A DNA stretch of 45,596 nt from Phycisphaerae bacterium. Lineage in GTDB: Bacteria > Planctomycetota > Phycisphaerae > Phycisphaerales > Phycisphaeraceae. A model generated the notes under the pieces. The model did no database searches and was not told the origin of the DNA. It was given only the letters and a program-made list of their open reading frames with translations. Position numbers and translations under genes: made by a program. The stretch is taken from positions 1 through 45,596 of the forward strand of contig CAUZOD010000001.1 in assembly GCA_963581115.1 (NCBI GenBank), in the 5' to 3' direction. Shown piece by piece: positions 18,629-30,243 of this stretch; the first letter of the stretch is position 1; every line of letters starts with the position of its first letter.

Positions 18629-19545
18629 GCGGCATGTGGCCGACTGTACCGGTGGTTGCGGAGGACCTGCTCAGTCATGTCTTGCCTCACAAAATTGCGG
18701 GGCTGGATGTCGGTGGGCTTGCCATCACCAACCAGATGCTGATGAGCTTTCTGGCGGCGATCTTGGTGGTAGGAGTCTTCGGGTACGTGGCCATACGGGT
18801 GCGCACCCATGGCAGCGGTGTCGACGCGTACGTCACTCGTGGCCGGTTCGCCCAGTTATTTGAAGTCATTATAATTTATCTGCGCCGGAATGTGGCCCAA
18901 CCGAGTCTGCAGCACCTGACCGACAAGTACATCTATTACGTGTGGTCTGTGTTTTTCTTTATTCTTTTCATTAACCTGCTGGGCATATTGCCAATCGGAC
19001 CGCTGTTGGTCTGGATCACTGGCAATGAGCATTTGGCGCACATGGGTGGCAATGCCAACACCAATCTTTCGATGACAGCGGCAATGGCTACATTGTCGTT
19101 TCTGATGATCGTTGGTGTTGGTATCAAGGAACAAGGGATGAAGTCCTTTGCCCATTTCGCTCCAATTCCCATCTGGCCAATCATGAATGGTGCTTCGATC
19201 GCGATGCTCCCACTGGCATTGTTTCTTGTGGTACTGGAAGCTGCTGGGCTGATCATCAAGTGCGTGGTCTTGGCTATGCGACTATTCGGAACAATGCTGG
19301 CGGGCCACTTGGTGATTGCGGCTCTAATCGGCATGATCCTGGCTTCGGGCAGTTGGCTTGTCGGTGGTGCGGTGATGGTCGGGGGATTGTTGATCTCACT
19401 ACTTGAGTTGTTCATTATTTTCCTACAAGCTTTTATCTTTACATTCCTGACCGTTTTGTTCATTTCCGCGGGGGCGGTTCATGAACATGAGGAGCATGAA
19501 AAAGACCACGCCTCGGTGCCGGACGGGCTGGTCCCGGAGGGATGA
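18625..19545 (+). CDS. atpB: Fo ATP synthase subunit a
   Basis: Polytopic membrane protein with the essential-Arg motif AMRLFGTMLAGHLV. Confidence 0.9.
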   Translation: MSGMWPTVPVVAEDLLSHVLPHKIAGLDVGGLAITNQMLMSFLAAILVVGVFGYVAIRVRTHGSGVDAYVTRGRFAQLFEVIIIYLRRNVAQPSLQHLTDKYIYYVWSVFFFILFINLLGILPIGPLLVWITGNEHLAHMGGNANTNLSMTAAMATLSFLMIVGVGIKEQGMKSFAHFAPIPIWPIMNGASIAMLPLALFLVVLEAAGLIIKCVVLAMRLFGTMLAGHLVIAALIGMILASGSWLVGGAVMVGGLLISLLELFIIFLQAFIFTFLTVLFISAGAVHEHEEHEKDHASVPDGLVPEG

Positions 19546-19613
19546 ATTGATCCAAGCATGCCTGGGGTAACCGACGCCCGGGCCCGGACCAAACGCAACC
19601 GTCGGGCGATTGA

Positions 19614-20644
<1,031 letters not shown>

Positions 20645-20678
20645 CCAGCAACCACCGCGCGTTTAGTGGAACCGACCG

Positions 20679-21272
20679 ATGAGTCATGACCCCGCCACAA
20701 CCCATGATTCGGTGAGCACAATATATGCTGAGGCATTGTACGAGTTGGCGGTGGAACAGGGCCAACTCGACGTGATCACCGATGAAGCAACGCAGTTGGC
20801 CGAACTGCTTGACCGCGAGCCAGACTTGCACCGGCTACTGGCCAGCCGTGTCATCAGCACTGCTGATAGACATGGGGTCATCGAACGCCTTTTTTTCGAT
20901 CGCTATCACAACGTGTTTTATCGATTTCTCCAAGTGGTCGGCACCAAGGGCCGTTTGGGGATTTTGCGATCAATACTCGAAGCCTTTGCAGTATTGCTGG
21001 ATGAGCGACGTGGCGTGGTTAAGGTTGATGCCTACGTGGCCGCACCGCTGGAGACAGCCGTAGCCGGTCGGGTGGCCGATACTCTCGGCGTGGCACTTGA
21101 TGGCAAGACAGTCGAGCTTCGCCAGCATGTGGACTCCGAGTTGATCGGTGGCCTGAAAATTCAGATTGGCGATCAGTTGATTGATGGCAGCGTTGCGAAT
21201 CAACTGAAGTTACTGCAACGGAACCTGATCGCAGTTGGCCACGAACGCGCCTGTTCAGGTGCTGCGATCTAA
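20679..21272 (+). CDS. atpH: F1 ATP synthase delta (OSCP) subunit
   Basis: IYAEALYELAVEQG and the C-terminal LIGGLKIQIGDQLIDGSV. Position between atpF and atpA. Confidence 0.8.
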   Translation: MSHDPATTHDSVSTIYAEALYELAVEQGQLDVITDEATQLAELLDREPDLHRLLASRVISTADRHGVIERLFFDRYHNVFYRFLQVVGTKGRLGILRSILEAFAVLLDERRGVVKVDAYVAAPLETAVAGRVADTLGVALDGKTVELRQHVDSELIGGLKIQIGDQLIDGSVANQLKLLQRNLIAVGHERACSGAAI

Positions 21273-21320
21273 CAATCAATACATGCGGATTAAGACGTCG
21301 TTGAACCAGAGAGCCCAGCC

Positions 21321-22859
21321 ATGAAAATTGATACCGACGAAATCACCAGCATCATCAAGCAGGAGGTAGATCGGTTTGCCACCGAGTTGGAGATCACACA
21401 GACTGGCACCGTAGTTGAGATCGGTGACGGGATCGCACGGATCTATGGCCTGTCTCAGGCCATGGCTGGTGAGATGCTCGAGTTTCAGACTACAGACAGC
21501 GCCCAATCCGTGCGGGGCCAAGTGATGAACCTTGAGCAGGACATCGTGGGCGCGGTTATTTTCGGTGATTACCTTCAGGTCAAGGAAGGCACAACGGTTC
21601 GATCCACGGGTGAACTGCTTTCCGTGCCGGTAGGGGATGGGATGCTGGGCCGGGTAGTCAACGCCCTTGGAGAACCAATCGACGGTCGAGGTCCGATCCA
21701 GGCAGCAGAACCGCGAAAAGTGGACATCATTGCTCCAGGCATTGCCGATCGCCAGCCGGTCCACCAGCCCATGCAGACCGGTATTGCCGCGATTGATTCG
21801 ATGATTCCGATCGGCCGTGGTCAACGTGAACTGATTATCGGTGATCGAAAAACCGGCAAGACTGCGGTTGCCGTAGATACGATTATCAATCAAAAGAAGT
21901 TCTATGGCACCGAGGATGAGATGATCTGCATCTATGTTGCGGTGGGTCAGAAAAATTCGACCGTGGCTAGTGTAGTCGATGCATTGCGGGAGCATGGCGC
22001 AATGGACTACACCATCATTGTCAACGCTTCGGCTGCCGAGTCGGCACCGATGCAATATATCGCGCCCTACAGTGGATGTGCGATGGGCGAGCATTTCATG
22101 TGGCAGGGCAAGCATGCGCTGTGCATATACGACGACCTGACCAAGCAGGCGACTGCCTATCGACAGTTGTCGCTGTTGCTTCGTCGCCCGCCGGGTCGCG
22201 AAGCCTATCCCGGGGACGTTTTTTATCTACACTCGCGTTTGCTTGAGCGGGCAACTAAGCTGTCGGATGACAACGGGGCCGGGTCATTGACGGCGTTGCC
22301 GGTCATTGAGACCCAGGAAGGCGATGTTTCGGCGTACATTCCCACCAACGTGATTTCGATTACAGACGGACAGATCTACCTAGAACCCGAATTATTTTTC
22401 GCGGGGGTGCGTCCGGCGATCAATGTCGGCCTCTCAGTCAGCCGTGTCGGGGGCAATGCGCAGATTAAGGCGATGAAACAAACGGCAGGATCGCTGCGGC
22501 TGGATCTTGCTGCGTTCCGTGAGTTGGAGGCGTTCGCACAACTCGGCACCGATTTGGATAAGGCAACTCAGGCACAGTTGGACCGTGGTGCTCGCATGGT
22601 GGAGATTCTCAAGCAGGATCAGTACGTGCCCATGGACGTGATCGACCAGGTAATCCTGATCTCTGCCGGTTCCAATGGGATACTGGATGATTTGGAATTA
22701 GAACAGGTGGCGCCGTTCAATGCTCGGTTGATTGAGCATTTTGCCGGACCTGCTGCTAGCGTACGAGAAGAACTGGTTCAGCAAAAGGCTATTTCTGACG
22801 AACTTACGGGGAAACTGAAACAGGCGATGGCTGAATTTCGGTCGGGATGGACGGGTTGA
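21321..22859 (+). CDS. atpA: F1 ATP synthase alpha subunit
   Basis: P-loop [18 protein letters not shown], plus [41 protein letters not shown]. Confidence 0.95.
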   Translation: MKIDTDEITSIIKQEVDRFATELEITQTGTVVEIGDGIARIYGLSQAMAGEMLEFQTTDSAQSVRGQVMNLEQDIVGAVIFGDYLQVKEGTTVRSTGELLSVPVGDGMLGRVVNALGEPIDGRGPIQAAEPRKVDIIAPGIADRQPVHQPMQTGIAAIDSMIPIGRGQRELIIGDRKTGKTAVAVDTIINQKKFYGTEDEMICIYVAVGQKNSTVASVVDALREHGAMDYTIIVNASAAESAPMQYIAPYSGCAMGEHFMWQGKHALCIYDDLTKQATAYRQLSLLLRRPPGREAYPGDVFYLHSRLLERATKLSDDNGAGSLTALPVIETQEGDVSAYIPTNVISITDGQIYLEPELFFAGVRPAINVGLSVSRVGGNAQIKAMKQTAGSLRLDLAAFRELEAFAQLGTDLDKATQAQLDRGARMVEILKQDQYVPMDVIDQVILISAGSNGILDDLELEQVAPFNARLIEHFAGPAASVREELVQQKAISDELTGKLKQAMAEFRSGWTG

Positions 22860-22930
22860 TCTGATTGTTGGTTATGGGCGTGGTAGTTGCACGGTGAGTA
22901 AGGTGAGTGGGGACAATGTGAGAATTCAGT

Positions 22931-24226
22931 ATGGAGCAATTAGTGGTAAGCAATCAAGCTCGGCTCAACTTAGGTGACAAGACGGTGGAATTGCCAGTGG
23001 TGGTCGGCTCGGAGAATGAGCGGGCCGTAGATGTCACACGCCTTCGTGATCAGACGGGTTATATCACACTCGACGAAGGCTACCGCAACACTGGTTCGTG
23101 CTCTTCGGGAATCACATTTATCGACGGGGAGAAGGGGATTCTCCGCTACCGCGGCATTCCCATCCAGGAGATCGCAGAGTGTTCCAGTTTTGTTGAGGCT
23201 TCATGGTTGCTGATCTACGGCGAGTTGCCTACGACTTCAGAACTGGAATATTTCCAGAAACTGCTGCGGAAGCATCAGATGATTCATGAGGGTTTGCGCG
23301 TTGCCTTTGATGGATTCCCATCAACTGGATATCCGATGGCCATTCTTTCCGCCATGATTAATGCGCTGTCTTGCTACCACCCGGATGTAATGCAGATGGA
23401 GGACGAGGCCAGCTTTGCCTCGGCAGCGGCTAGGCTGATGAGCAAGGTTCGCACGATTGCGGCGGTTGCATACAAGACGTCCATCGGGCAGCCGATCATC
23501 TACCCGAAGCCTGATTTCGACTATTGTTCAAACTTCTTGCACATGATGTTCAGTTTGCCCTACGCTGAGCACGAGCCAGATCCGGATGTTGTGCAGGCGA
23601 TGAACCTGATCCTGATCCTGCATGCCGATCATGAGCAGAACTGTTCAACCTCGACGGTGCGTATGGTGGGATCCAGTGGCGCCAACTTGTTTGCAAGTTG
23701 TGCGGCGGGTGTTTGTGCCTTGTGGGGCCCCTTGCATGGCGGGGCCAACGTAAGGGTGATTCGCCAACTTGACGAGATTCATCATAGCGGTACATCGGTC
23801 AAGGACTACATTGACAATCTCAAGAAAACCAAGGACAAGCTTTTCGGATTTGGTCATGGGGTGTACAAGAATTTTGACCCCCGTGCCACGATTCTCAAGA
23901 AAGCTTCGGACAAAGTGCTGTCCAAGTTGGGTGTCGACGATCCCTTACTGGACCTCGCCCGCCGGTTGGAGGAGGTCGCCCTTAGTGACGACTACTTTGT
24001 TTCGCGCAAGCTATATCCGAATATTGATTTCTATTCGGGCATTATTATGCGAGCGATGGGCATACCTTCGAATATGTTCACGGTAATGTTTGCTATTGGT
24101 CGCATGCCCGGCTGGATTGCGCATTGGAAGGAAGTTCAGGATGGTGGCAGTCGGATCTACCGTCCACGTCAAGTCTATACCGGTTTAGCCGAACGCCAGT
24201 ATGTTCCTATCACAAGTCGCGGCTGA
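22931..24226 (+). CDS. gltA: Citrate synthase
   Basis: HADHEQNCSTSTVRMVGSSGANLF, WGPLHGGAN and GFGHGVYKNFDPRA. Confidence 0.9.
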   Translation: MEQLVVSNQARLNLGDKTVELPVVVGSENERAVDVTRLRDQTGYITLDEGYRNTGSCSSGITFIDGEKGILRYRGIPIQEIAECSSFVEASWLLIYGELPTTSELEYFQKLLRKHQMIHEGLRVAFDGFPSTGYPMAILSAMINALSCYHPDVMQMEDEASFASAAARLMSKVRTIAAVAYKTSIGQPIIYPKPDFDYCSNFLHMMFSLPYAEHEPDPDVVQAMNLILILHADHEQNCSTSTVRMVGSSGANLFASCAAGVCALWGPLHGGANVRVIRQLDEIHHSGTSVKDYIDNLKKTKDKLFGFGHGVYKNFDPRATILKKASDKVLSKLGVDDPLLDLARRLEEVALSDDYFVSRKLYPNIDFYSGIIMRAMGIPSNMFTVMFAIGRMPGWIAHWKEVQDGGSRIYRPRQVYTGLAERQYVPITSRG

Positions 24227-24333
24227 AGTATTCAGTCACAGTGGTTAAAGTACAGAGGTGAAACCTCAGTGTTTTGCTTGTGAACTTATTGAATACTCGC
24301 AGCAGGCGGTGGAGGGATATGCGTGAGGTTGCC

Positions 24334-24858
24334 CTAGGCTCGTAACAAGGCATATGAGATCCAGGCGTTGTATGTGCCGTAGATCAAAAGGGACAAGCAG
24401 ACGGCAATCAAGGCCAGTCGATGGTGGCGTCCGAGTTGCTGTGCCCCGGCAATTAAGGCGAGGGTAATTCCTGTAGCCAACACTATTCCCCATGGTTCGT
24501 CATAGCGCAACCAATGATGGATCAGTGTCATTGGGACACGTGCAGGAAGCCCCGGCGCTAGCTTGATCCAATGCCAGCAGTAATTGTTCCAGCTATAGTC
24601 GATCCACAGCAACCATGAGCAAGGGCTGTAGGTACAAGTCAGGGTACAAATCAGAACCGTTGCTGGATGCGGTCGATGCTGCCACCACGCCCTTATCCGT
24701 TGCAGATTTTCCGGGTCGAACGGTTGGCCGCATTCAGGACAGCGGTATTCATTCAGCCCGGTTAGATCGTAGCTGCACTTAGGGCATCGCAGTCCGGCGA
24801 GCGGCAGGCGCCGGGCCGTCGAACCAGACGATTGATGGATACGTTTAGTGCGAAACAT
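24334..24858 (-). CDS. Membrane protein with an N-terminal zinc ribbon
   Basis: CPKCSYDLTGLNEYRCPECGQPF followed by Trp/Cys-rich hydrophobic segments. Confidence 0.5.
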   Translation of the reverse strand: MFRTKRIHQSSGSTARRLPLAGLRCPKCSYDLTGLNEYRCPECGQPFDPENLQRIRAWWQHRPHPATVLICTLTCTYSPCSWLLWIDYSWNNYCWHWIKLAPGLPARVPMTLIHHWLRYDEPWGIVLATGITLALIAGAQQLGRHHRLALIAVCLSLLIYGTYNAWISYALLRA

Positions 24859-24944
24859 CTTAGGTTGAGAGGTTCTAGTTGTTTGTTCTGGCGTCGTTTC
24901 AGTTGTAGCATGACAGCGGCAAGTACAATGGAGTAGTCACGGTG

Positions 24945-25511
24945 ATGTCCAACAATGGATTATTCTCGTGGTTTGGATTTGTTTCTCGATATACGCATTG
25001 GCTGCATACCCAGTGGCCGGCTGGCGGGGTGGAAAAACTACCTGAGGTACGCGATGACGGGTCCACAAACGTGCCAGGGCTGTATGTCGCCGGAGATCTG
25101 GCGGGGATTCCGCTGCTGAAGTTCTCGGCGGACTCGGGTGCTAGGGTGGTGCAGGCAATTCTAAACGATCCACAGTTTACCATCCGTCCGGATTCTGACC
25201 CGGATCTACTGGACTTGGCCGTTATTGGTGGTGGTGTTTCCGGGTTCAGTGCCGCGGTTGAGGCGCAAAAAGCGGGGCTGGACTTTAAGATTTTTGAATC
25301 AACCACACCGTTCTCCACAATTGTGAACTTGCCCAAGGCCAAGCCGATCTTTACCTATCCCACGCAGATGACACCCGTCGGTCAACTGAGATTTCACGAG
25401 AAATCCTCAATCAAGGAGGGGCTCTTAGAGGATCTCAAGGACCAGACTTTGGACCAAGGCATCGAACCGGTGATGATCGGGTGCGTCGGAGGGGAAAATT
25501 CTTGGAACTGA
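24945..25511 (+). pseudogene. FAD/NAD(P)H oxidoreductase, fragment 1 (FAD-binding part), ended by a frame change near 25479-25481
   Basis: NVPGLYVAGDLAGIPLL (GD motif) precedes DLAVIGGGVSGFSAAVEA (GxGxxG). After GIEPVMIG the sensible continuation is in the -1 frame (next feature). Confidence 0.55.
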
Positions 25512-26398
25512 TGATGCAGTCCGGCGGGCTGGTGCGTGCCCAGCGTGTCATTGTCGCCATCGGTCGCCCGGGGAATTTTCGAAAGCTTGGTGTCGAAGGC
25601 GAGGACCGGGATAAGATCTACAACCGCCTGCACGACCCGACCGAATTCTGTAATTGCCATGTCATGGTGGTTGGGGGTGGTGACAGTGCCTTGGAGACCG
25701 CAATTGCCTTGGTAACCTGTGGTGCTCACGTGACGCTTTCATACCGCAAGGGTGAGTTCAGCCGTCCAAAGCCAGAGAACGTGGTTACGCTGAATAGCTT
25801 GGTAGTTGATCCCACGGTGAGCGGCCATCTGGAGCAGTTCACGCGTGACCGGATTGCTCCGACGCTTGGTGATGACAGTTCTACCAAGAGCCATTTTGGA
25901 CAGTTACGCCTGATGATGTCCAGCCAACTAAAGAGGATTGGTGACAAGGACGTCGTGGTTACCGATGCCAACGGTCAGGACCAGACGATCGCCAATGACT
26001 TTGTGTTCGCCATGACCGGGAGGGAAGCTCCTCTGGATTTTTTTCGGCGCAGCGGCATTCGGATCACCGGAGAATGGGGCCGTCGCAGTGTGCTAGGTTT
26101 TATTTCGTTTATGCTCTTCATGCTCTGGGTCTATCACTGGAAGGCCGCCAAGGCCATTCCAGTATTAGGCCCGCTGCTGGATGCCCAGAACCCCGACCCG
26201 GCGGTCGCTTTGGCGTGGCTGGAATCTCTCAGTGCCCTTGTCGCACGTTTTCTGAACGATCCCGCGACACTGCTAGGTACCCGAAAAATATCAATGTCGG
26301 CCCCGGCATTCTATTACACGCTGGTGTACACTGCGATCGTAATCGTGTTTGGCATCCGTCGCATCCGACGGCGGCGCACACCCTATGTACGATTGTAG
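25481..26398 (+). pseudogene. FAD/NAD(P)H oxidoreductase, fragment 2 (NAD(P)H-binding part plus TM helices), ended by an in-frame TAG
   Basis: RVIVAIGRPGNFRKLGVEGED, VMVVGGGDSALETAIAL, DFVFAMTGREAP, then TM segments. TAG 26396-26398 is in the same frame as the next ORF. Confidence 0.55.
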
Positions 26399-26410
26399 AC
26401 TCTGACACTG

Positions 26411-27628
26411 ATGGCGATTCAATCTCTGCCATTGTTCATATTGCCAGAGATCGTTCTGCCACTGGCGGGTCACAAGGGTTTATTTGGTCCGAAACAGCAG
26501 GTGATCAGCTTCGACAACGCAGCACAGGCGCGTTGGCAACTTGTTGGCGAGGTGCTGCAGGCCAAGATCCAATCACAGGTTGGATTCAAAACCGAGCAGC
26601 GGCTAGGTGATCAGGATATCGCGGTCACCAATCGTATTACGCCAGGACAGTTGCAGGAGCGTGTTGACCTGCTCGTTGCTGGGATGCCGGATCTGCCTCC
26701 GGCGGTACTCAACTGGAATCGCGAAGTTCACCTCAAGCGGCCCGGGATCGTGGTGGAAGATCGTTCCGGCAGCGGCCGTATCGCAGTCGATATTCGCGGT
26801 AAGCGGCTCTACCTGACCGACCTGACCCAAGTGCCGACTTGGCGTGGGCATCTCGGCGATGCCCTGTTCTCCGTGGCATCCTATGGAAATGGGCGTGAAT
26901 ATTGGCGGGCGTACGGTTTCGTTCTCGCTTGGCCACTGATGGTCTATAACTGGTTTACAGATGAGCCGCTTTGGTTCTGGCTTGTCATCGGTTTTTTTCA
27001 GACTTTTGTCATCATTCCACTCTTGATCTATCGGTTTGGAAAGGGCGCATATTGTGGTTGGATCTGTTCCTGTGGTGCAATGGCGGAAACGCTCGGCGAT
27101 GCCCATCGCCACAAGATGCCCCATGGCCCGGTCTGGAATCAGCTGAACATGATTGGGCAGGTAGTGCTACTGTTTGCGGTGGTGCTAATGGCCCTGCGCA
27201 TCGGGGGTTGGCTGGGTATTGGTTGGGCTACATCTCTATTCGAGATCGGTTTCACAAAGATTCCGATCCTTAATTTTCAGTGGTTTATTGACGTGTTGTT
27301 GGCGGGGATCCTGGGTTATGGCCTGTGCTTTCGGTACTCTGGACGGATGTGGTGCCGGTTCGCTTGCCCGCTGGCGGCATTGATGCACCTGTATACTCGG
27401 TTTTCTCGGTTCGGCATCATCTCTGAAAAGAAAAAGTGTATCTCCTGCAACGTGTGTACGAGCGTTTGTCATCAGGGGATCGACATCATGAGCTTTGCCA
27501 ATAAGGGATGGGCAATGCAGGACCCGCAGTGTGTCCGCTGTAGTGCGTGTGTGCAGAGTTGCCCGCCCGGTGTACTGCAATTCGGCCGCATCGATCGGCA
27601 AGGGCATGTGCTGGGTTACGAGGGCTAG
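26411..27628 (+). CDS. NapH/MauN-like membrane polyferredoxin (4Fe-4S binding); probably the C-terminal part of the preceding gene
   Basis: YCGWICSCGAMAE and WCRFACPLAALMH (CX3CP-type membrane motifs), plus CISCNVCTSVCHQGIDI..CVRCSACVQSCPPG (2x[4Fe-4S]). Same frame as 25481..26398. Confidence 0.65.
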   Translation: MAIQSLPLFILPEIVLPLAGHKGLFGPKQQVISFDNAAQARWQLVGEVLQAKIQSQVGFKTEQRLGDQDIAVTNRITPGQLQERVDLLVAGMPDLPPAVLNWNREVHLKRPGIVVEDRSGSGRIAVDIRGKRLYLTDLTQVPTWRGHLGDALFSVASYGNGREYWRAYGFVLAWPLMVYNWFTDEPLWFWLVIGFFQTFVIIPLLIYRFGKGAYCGWICSCGAMAETLGDAHRHKMPHGPVWNQLNMIGQVVLLFAVVLMALRIGGWLGIGWATSLFEIGFTKIPILNFQWFIDVLLAGILGYGLCFRYSGRMWCRFACPLAALMHLYTRFSRFGIISEKKKCISCNVCTSVCHQGIDIMSFANKGWAMQDPQCVRCSACVQSCPPGVLQFGRIDRQGHVLGYEG

Positions 27629-27926
27629 TCCGGTACGGGTGGCGGAGGTGCCGCTGACCATTGATGGAAAGTGAGACAAGTATGAATCAGTCGATTCCAA
27701 TCATCCGATTCGTGGCATTTTTCGCCACGACGCCCGATGACCGGCCGGCGCCTATCGGCCAGGGCCACATCACTTCGACGCGGCAATTGCTGACCTGAGA
27801 GCCCACCATGCTCAGAGCTTTGATCCAACAGATTATTTTCGTGGAATACGCTCATCCCTGCGCTATGTTTTTCTGCAGGCGGCGATCGAGAAATTCGATT
27901 TGTCTCAAGGGGGTGAAGCAGAAACT

Positions 27927-29006
27927 ATGAGCACGGTGCCGGTCTACGAAGATCATATTAGCCTTTGGCAGAATGAATTGACTGCGTGGGTGCCCCAGCA
28001 GATATTCGATGCGCATGTGCATCTGGGCCCGCCGGAGATCATGGCACCATTTTCGTCGCACCGGACTCGCGAAGCATTAACAACATTCCGCGGGTTTACC
28101 TATGAAGAATCACGATCGTTCTATAAGAAGTTGTACAGCGGCAAACAGATTCTTGGCCAGATCGCTTTTGGATTTCCGTTGCGGGAGGTAGACATCATTT
28201 CTGCCAACAACTACATTGCGCAAACGGCTCGTCGTGACCGAAGTGTGTATCCGTTCATTCTTGCCGACCCAAATAATATTGACGGTACGATCGATCAGTG
28301 GCGTTATTGGGCCGATGCAGGCGTACGATTCGTCGGTGTCAAACCCTATTTTGATCTGTTGGGCATCAATAGGCCAAACAGCGTATTTCACTGCCGAGAC
28401 ATTGATTTTACGCCCGTATCACTTCTGGAATTCATGGAAAAAGAAAAGCTTGTGCTGATGCTGCACACGTCCAGTATAGGTGGCGGCGATCCGGCCGTCC
28501 GCGGGTTTGTCGCGATGGTTGCAATGACCTATCCCCACATCCGCATCCTTCTGGCGCACATGGGTCGCTACACCGAACCGAGTCAGTTCCAGCGGTTGCT
28601 GCAATCGCCGGTGCTGGACCTGCCCAACGTATTCCTGGAGATGTCGTCGGCGTCAAGTTGGAATGTTTATGCTGCTATCCTTCGCCGTCGGGAACTCCAT
28701 AACAAACTATTGTTTGGTTCTGACGTGCCATTCGGCTTGATTACCGGCGTCGAGCATTTTTCAGATACACATGGACCGGTGTTTATTACCCGGCATGACT
28801 ACGCGTGGTCCGATCCTGATCTACAAATGCAGTTCTATGCTCGGAGGCAGGGCCTGACATACAACACCTACCACGTCATCAGCGCCTTGAAGCGGGCCAT
28901 GGACGAATTAAATATGGGATCTGATGCGCAGGACGATCTCAAGCATCGCATCTTTAGCCGAAATGTTTTAGATCGCGTATTGAGCAGCATGGGATCGGAT
29001 GCCTGA
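27927..29006 (+). CDS. Amidohydrolase-2 family metal-dependent hydrolase (TIM barrel)
   Basis: IFDAHVHLGP (HxH), LLAHMGRY and LLFGSDVPFG. Start taken at ATG 27927 after a purine-rich AAGGGGGTGAAG. Confidence 0.65.
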   Translation: MSTVPVYEDHISLWQNELTAWVPQQIFDAHVHLGPPEIMAPFSSHRTREALTTFRGFTYEESRSFYKKLYSGKQILGQIAFGFPLREVDIISANNYIAQTARRDRSVYPFILADPNNIDGTIDQWRYWADAGVRFVGVKPYFDLLGINRPNSVFHCRDIDFTPVSLLEFMEKEKLVLMLHTSSIGGGDPAVRGFVAMVAMTYPHIRILLAHMGRYTEPSQFQRLLQSPVLDLPNVFLEMSSASSWNVYAAILRRRELHNKLLFGSDVPFGLITGVEHFSDTHGPVFITRHDYAWSDPDLQMQFYARRQGLTYNTYHVISALKRAMDELNMGSDAQDDLKHRIFSRNVLDRVLSSMGSDA

Positions 29007-29207
29007 GTGCCTGTGCCGCTCGACGGTGTCTTTGTTGGCTTGCGCCCAGACAGATTTTTATCAAGGGAATGATTTCATGCTGATTACTGACGATGAAGGC
29101 GATGATGTCCCGGGTACGCTCGTCTTTGTTAGCGTTCGTGGCGACTAATAACAAGAAGATCTTCAGAAAAGAAATTCGTATCGATTGAAAGTTGATGTGA
29201 AGATGCG

Positions 29208-29233
29208 ATTGATCGCGTTAGAATCCGATCAAT
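29208..29233. terminator. Perfect 8-bp hairpin between convergent genes (possible bidirectional terminator)
   Basis: ATTGATCG-10 nt loop-CGATCAAT, between the stops at 29006 (+) and 29263 (-). No clear U-tract. Confidence 0.3.
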
Positions 29234-29262
29234 TCTCACCTTGCTGGAAGAGGGTTTGTTTT

Positions 29263-29808
29263 TTAGTTTAAGTTTGGGTTTTTCACGCGAATCATTTTGA
29301 ATGTAATTGGTTCTGGAAGATCCACAGTAATAAACATCGTGTCATTTCCTTGAAGCTTGTGTCGGATTTGTAGAGCACCTTCTTGGCCGTTCCCAGTCAC
29401 AAAAAGGAGGCTGAGGATTGCCTCTATTTTCTCAAACCTCCATTTCCCAATACTGCTATCACCGGCACTGCCGGCCGACATATGGAAAATTTCGCCCGAT
29501 TTCGGGTTGCGTCCCATGAGCGACACAGATTCTTTTTCGGTATCTCGGGTTGTAATTTCAACCACTCTGTCTTTAAATCTCCAGGAGTAGGTGCTCTTGA
29601 TTTTGGCGCCATTGGTGTCCGCATCCACCCAAATACCAATGAGGCGGTTCCATCCGGAGTCACGTAGAACTTCCCCCAAGTTTCTGTGGTCATCTGCTTC
29701 ATGAGCAAAAGTTATGCCAAGAGGCAATAAGGAAGCAGTGCATAGCAGAAGAATAGAAGGTCGTAGCCGCCGTGATTTGGTCTGGTTTGATAGGTTGAAT
29801 GTAGTCAT
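29263..29808 (-). CDS. Hypothetical secreted protein in an AT-rich tract
   Basis: Signal peptide MTTFNLSNQTKSRRLRPSILLLCTASLLPLGITFA. No recognisable motif. Visibly lower GC than its neighbours. Confidence 0.5.
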   Translation of the reverse strand: MTTFNLSNQTKSRRLRPSILLLCTASLLPLGITFAHEADDHRNLGEVLRDSGWNRLIGIWVDADTNGAKIKSTYSWRFKDRVVEITTRDTEKESVSLMGRNPKSGEIFHMSAGSAGDSSIGKWRFEKIEAILSLLFVTGNGQEGALQIRHKLQGNDTMFITVDLPEPITFKMIRVKNPNLN

Positions 29809-30243
29809 TGTTTCAGTCGTCTTCTAGTGAATTCCTATCCATTCTGTAATCAAGCGAGCTTAGCCAAGGAACAGATGAATTTACACAAATTTATTAAATA
29901 AAATTTGAGAATTAGTTGATTGCATGTCATCGCTTTCATAAATCATGATTCCTGATTGAAAACTAATTTCCATGAAAATTATTCTTGTTCTCAATGTAGA
30001 TTTATGATAGTGACTGTCGTCACCTCTATCCCGGTGCACCTGATGGGGCAATGGGCCTTAATTTTCACAATCACGTCTACAGGACCTATTTCTTTGTGAT
30101 ATACGACATCTTCTCCGTCAAAAACTGGCCGTGATTTTACTAGATCTCTATCCAATCAGACTCATTTTGAATGAATCATATTTAGGTTGCAGCTATATTC
30201 AGAATAACAATTCGATGTGATGTGAAATAATGAATAGGGGCAA

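Noticed and set aside
21276-22115. Long antisense ORFs in the track: 21276..22115 opposite atpA, 3478..4071, 30709..31260, 32727..33386 opposite ftsH, 36958..37485, 39269..40012, 42174..42791, 811..1287, 16461..16874
   Set aside because: Each lies fully inside a strongly supported gene on the other strand. Each has an Arg/Pro/Gly/Ser-rich shadow-frame composition and no recognisable motif. This is typical of GC-rich coding DNA.
25471-25490. Programmed -1 ribosomal frameshift joining ORFs 24942..25511 and 25481..26398
   Set aside because: The junction (GAT GAT CGG GTG CGT) has no X-XXY-YYZ slippery heptamer, and I see no obvious downstream stem-loop. A 1-nt indel in the GGG run is the simpler explanation.
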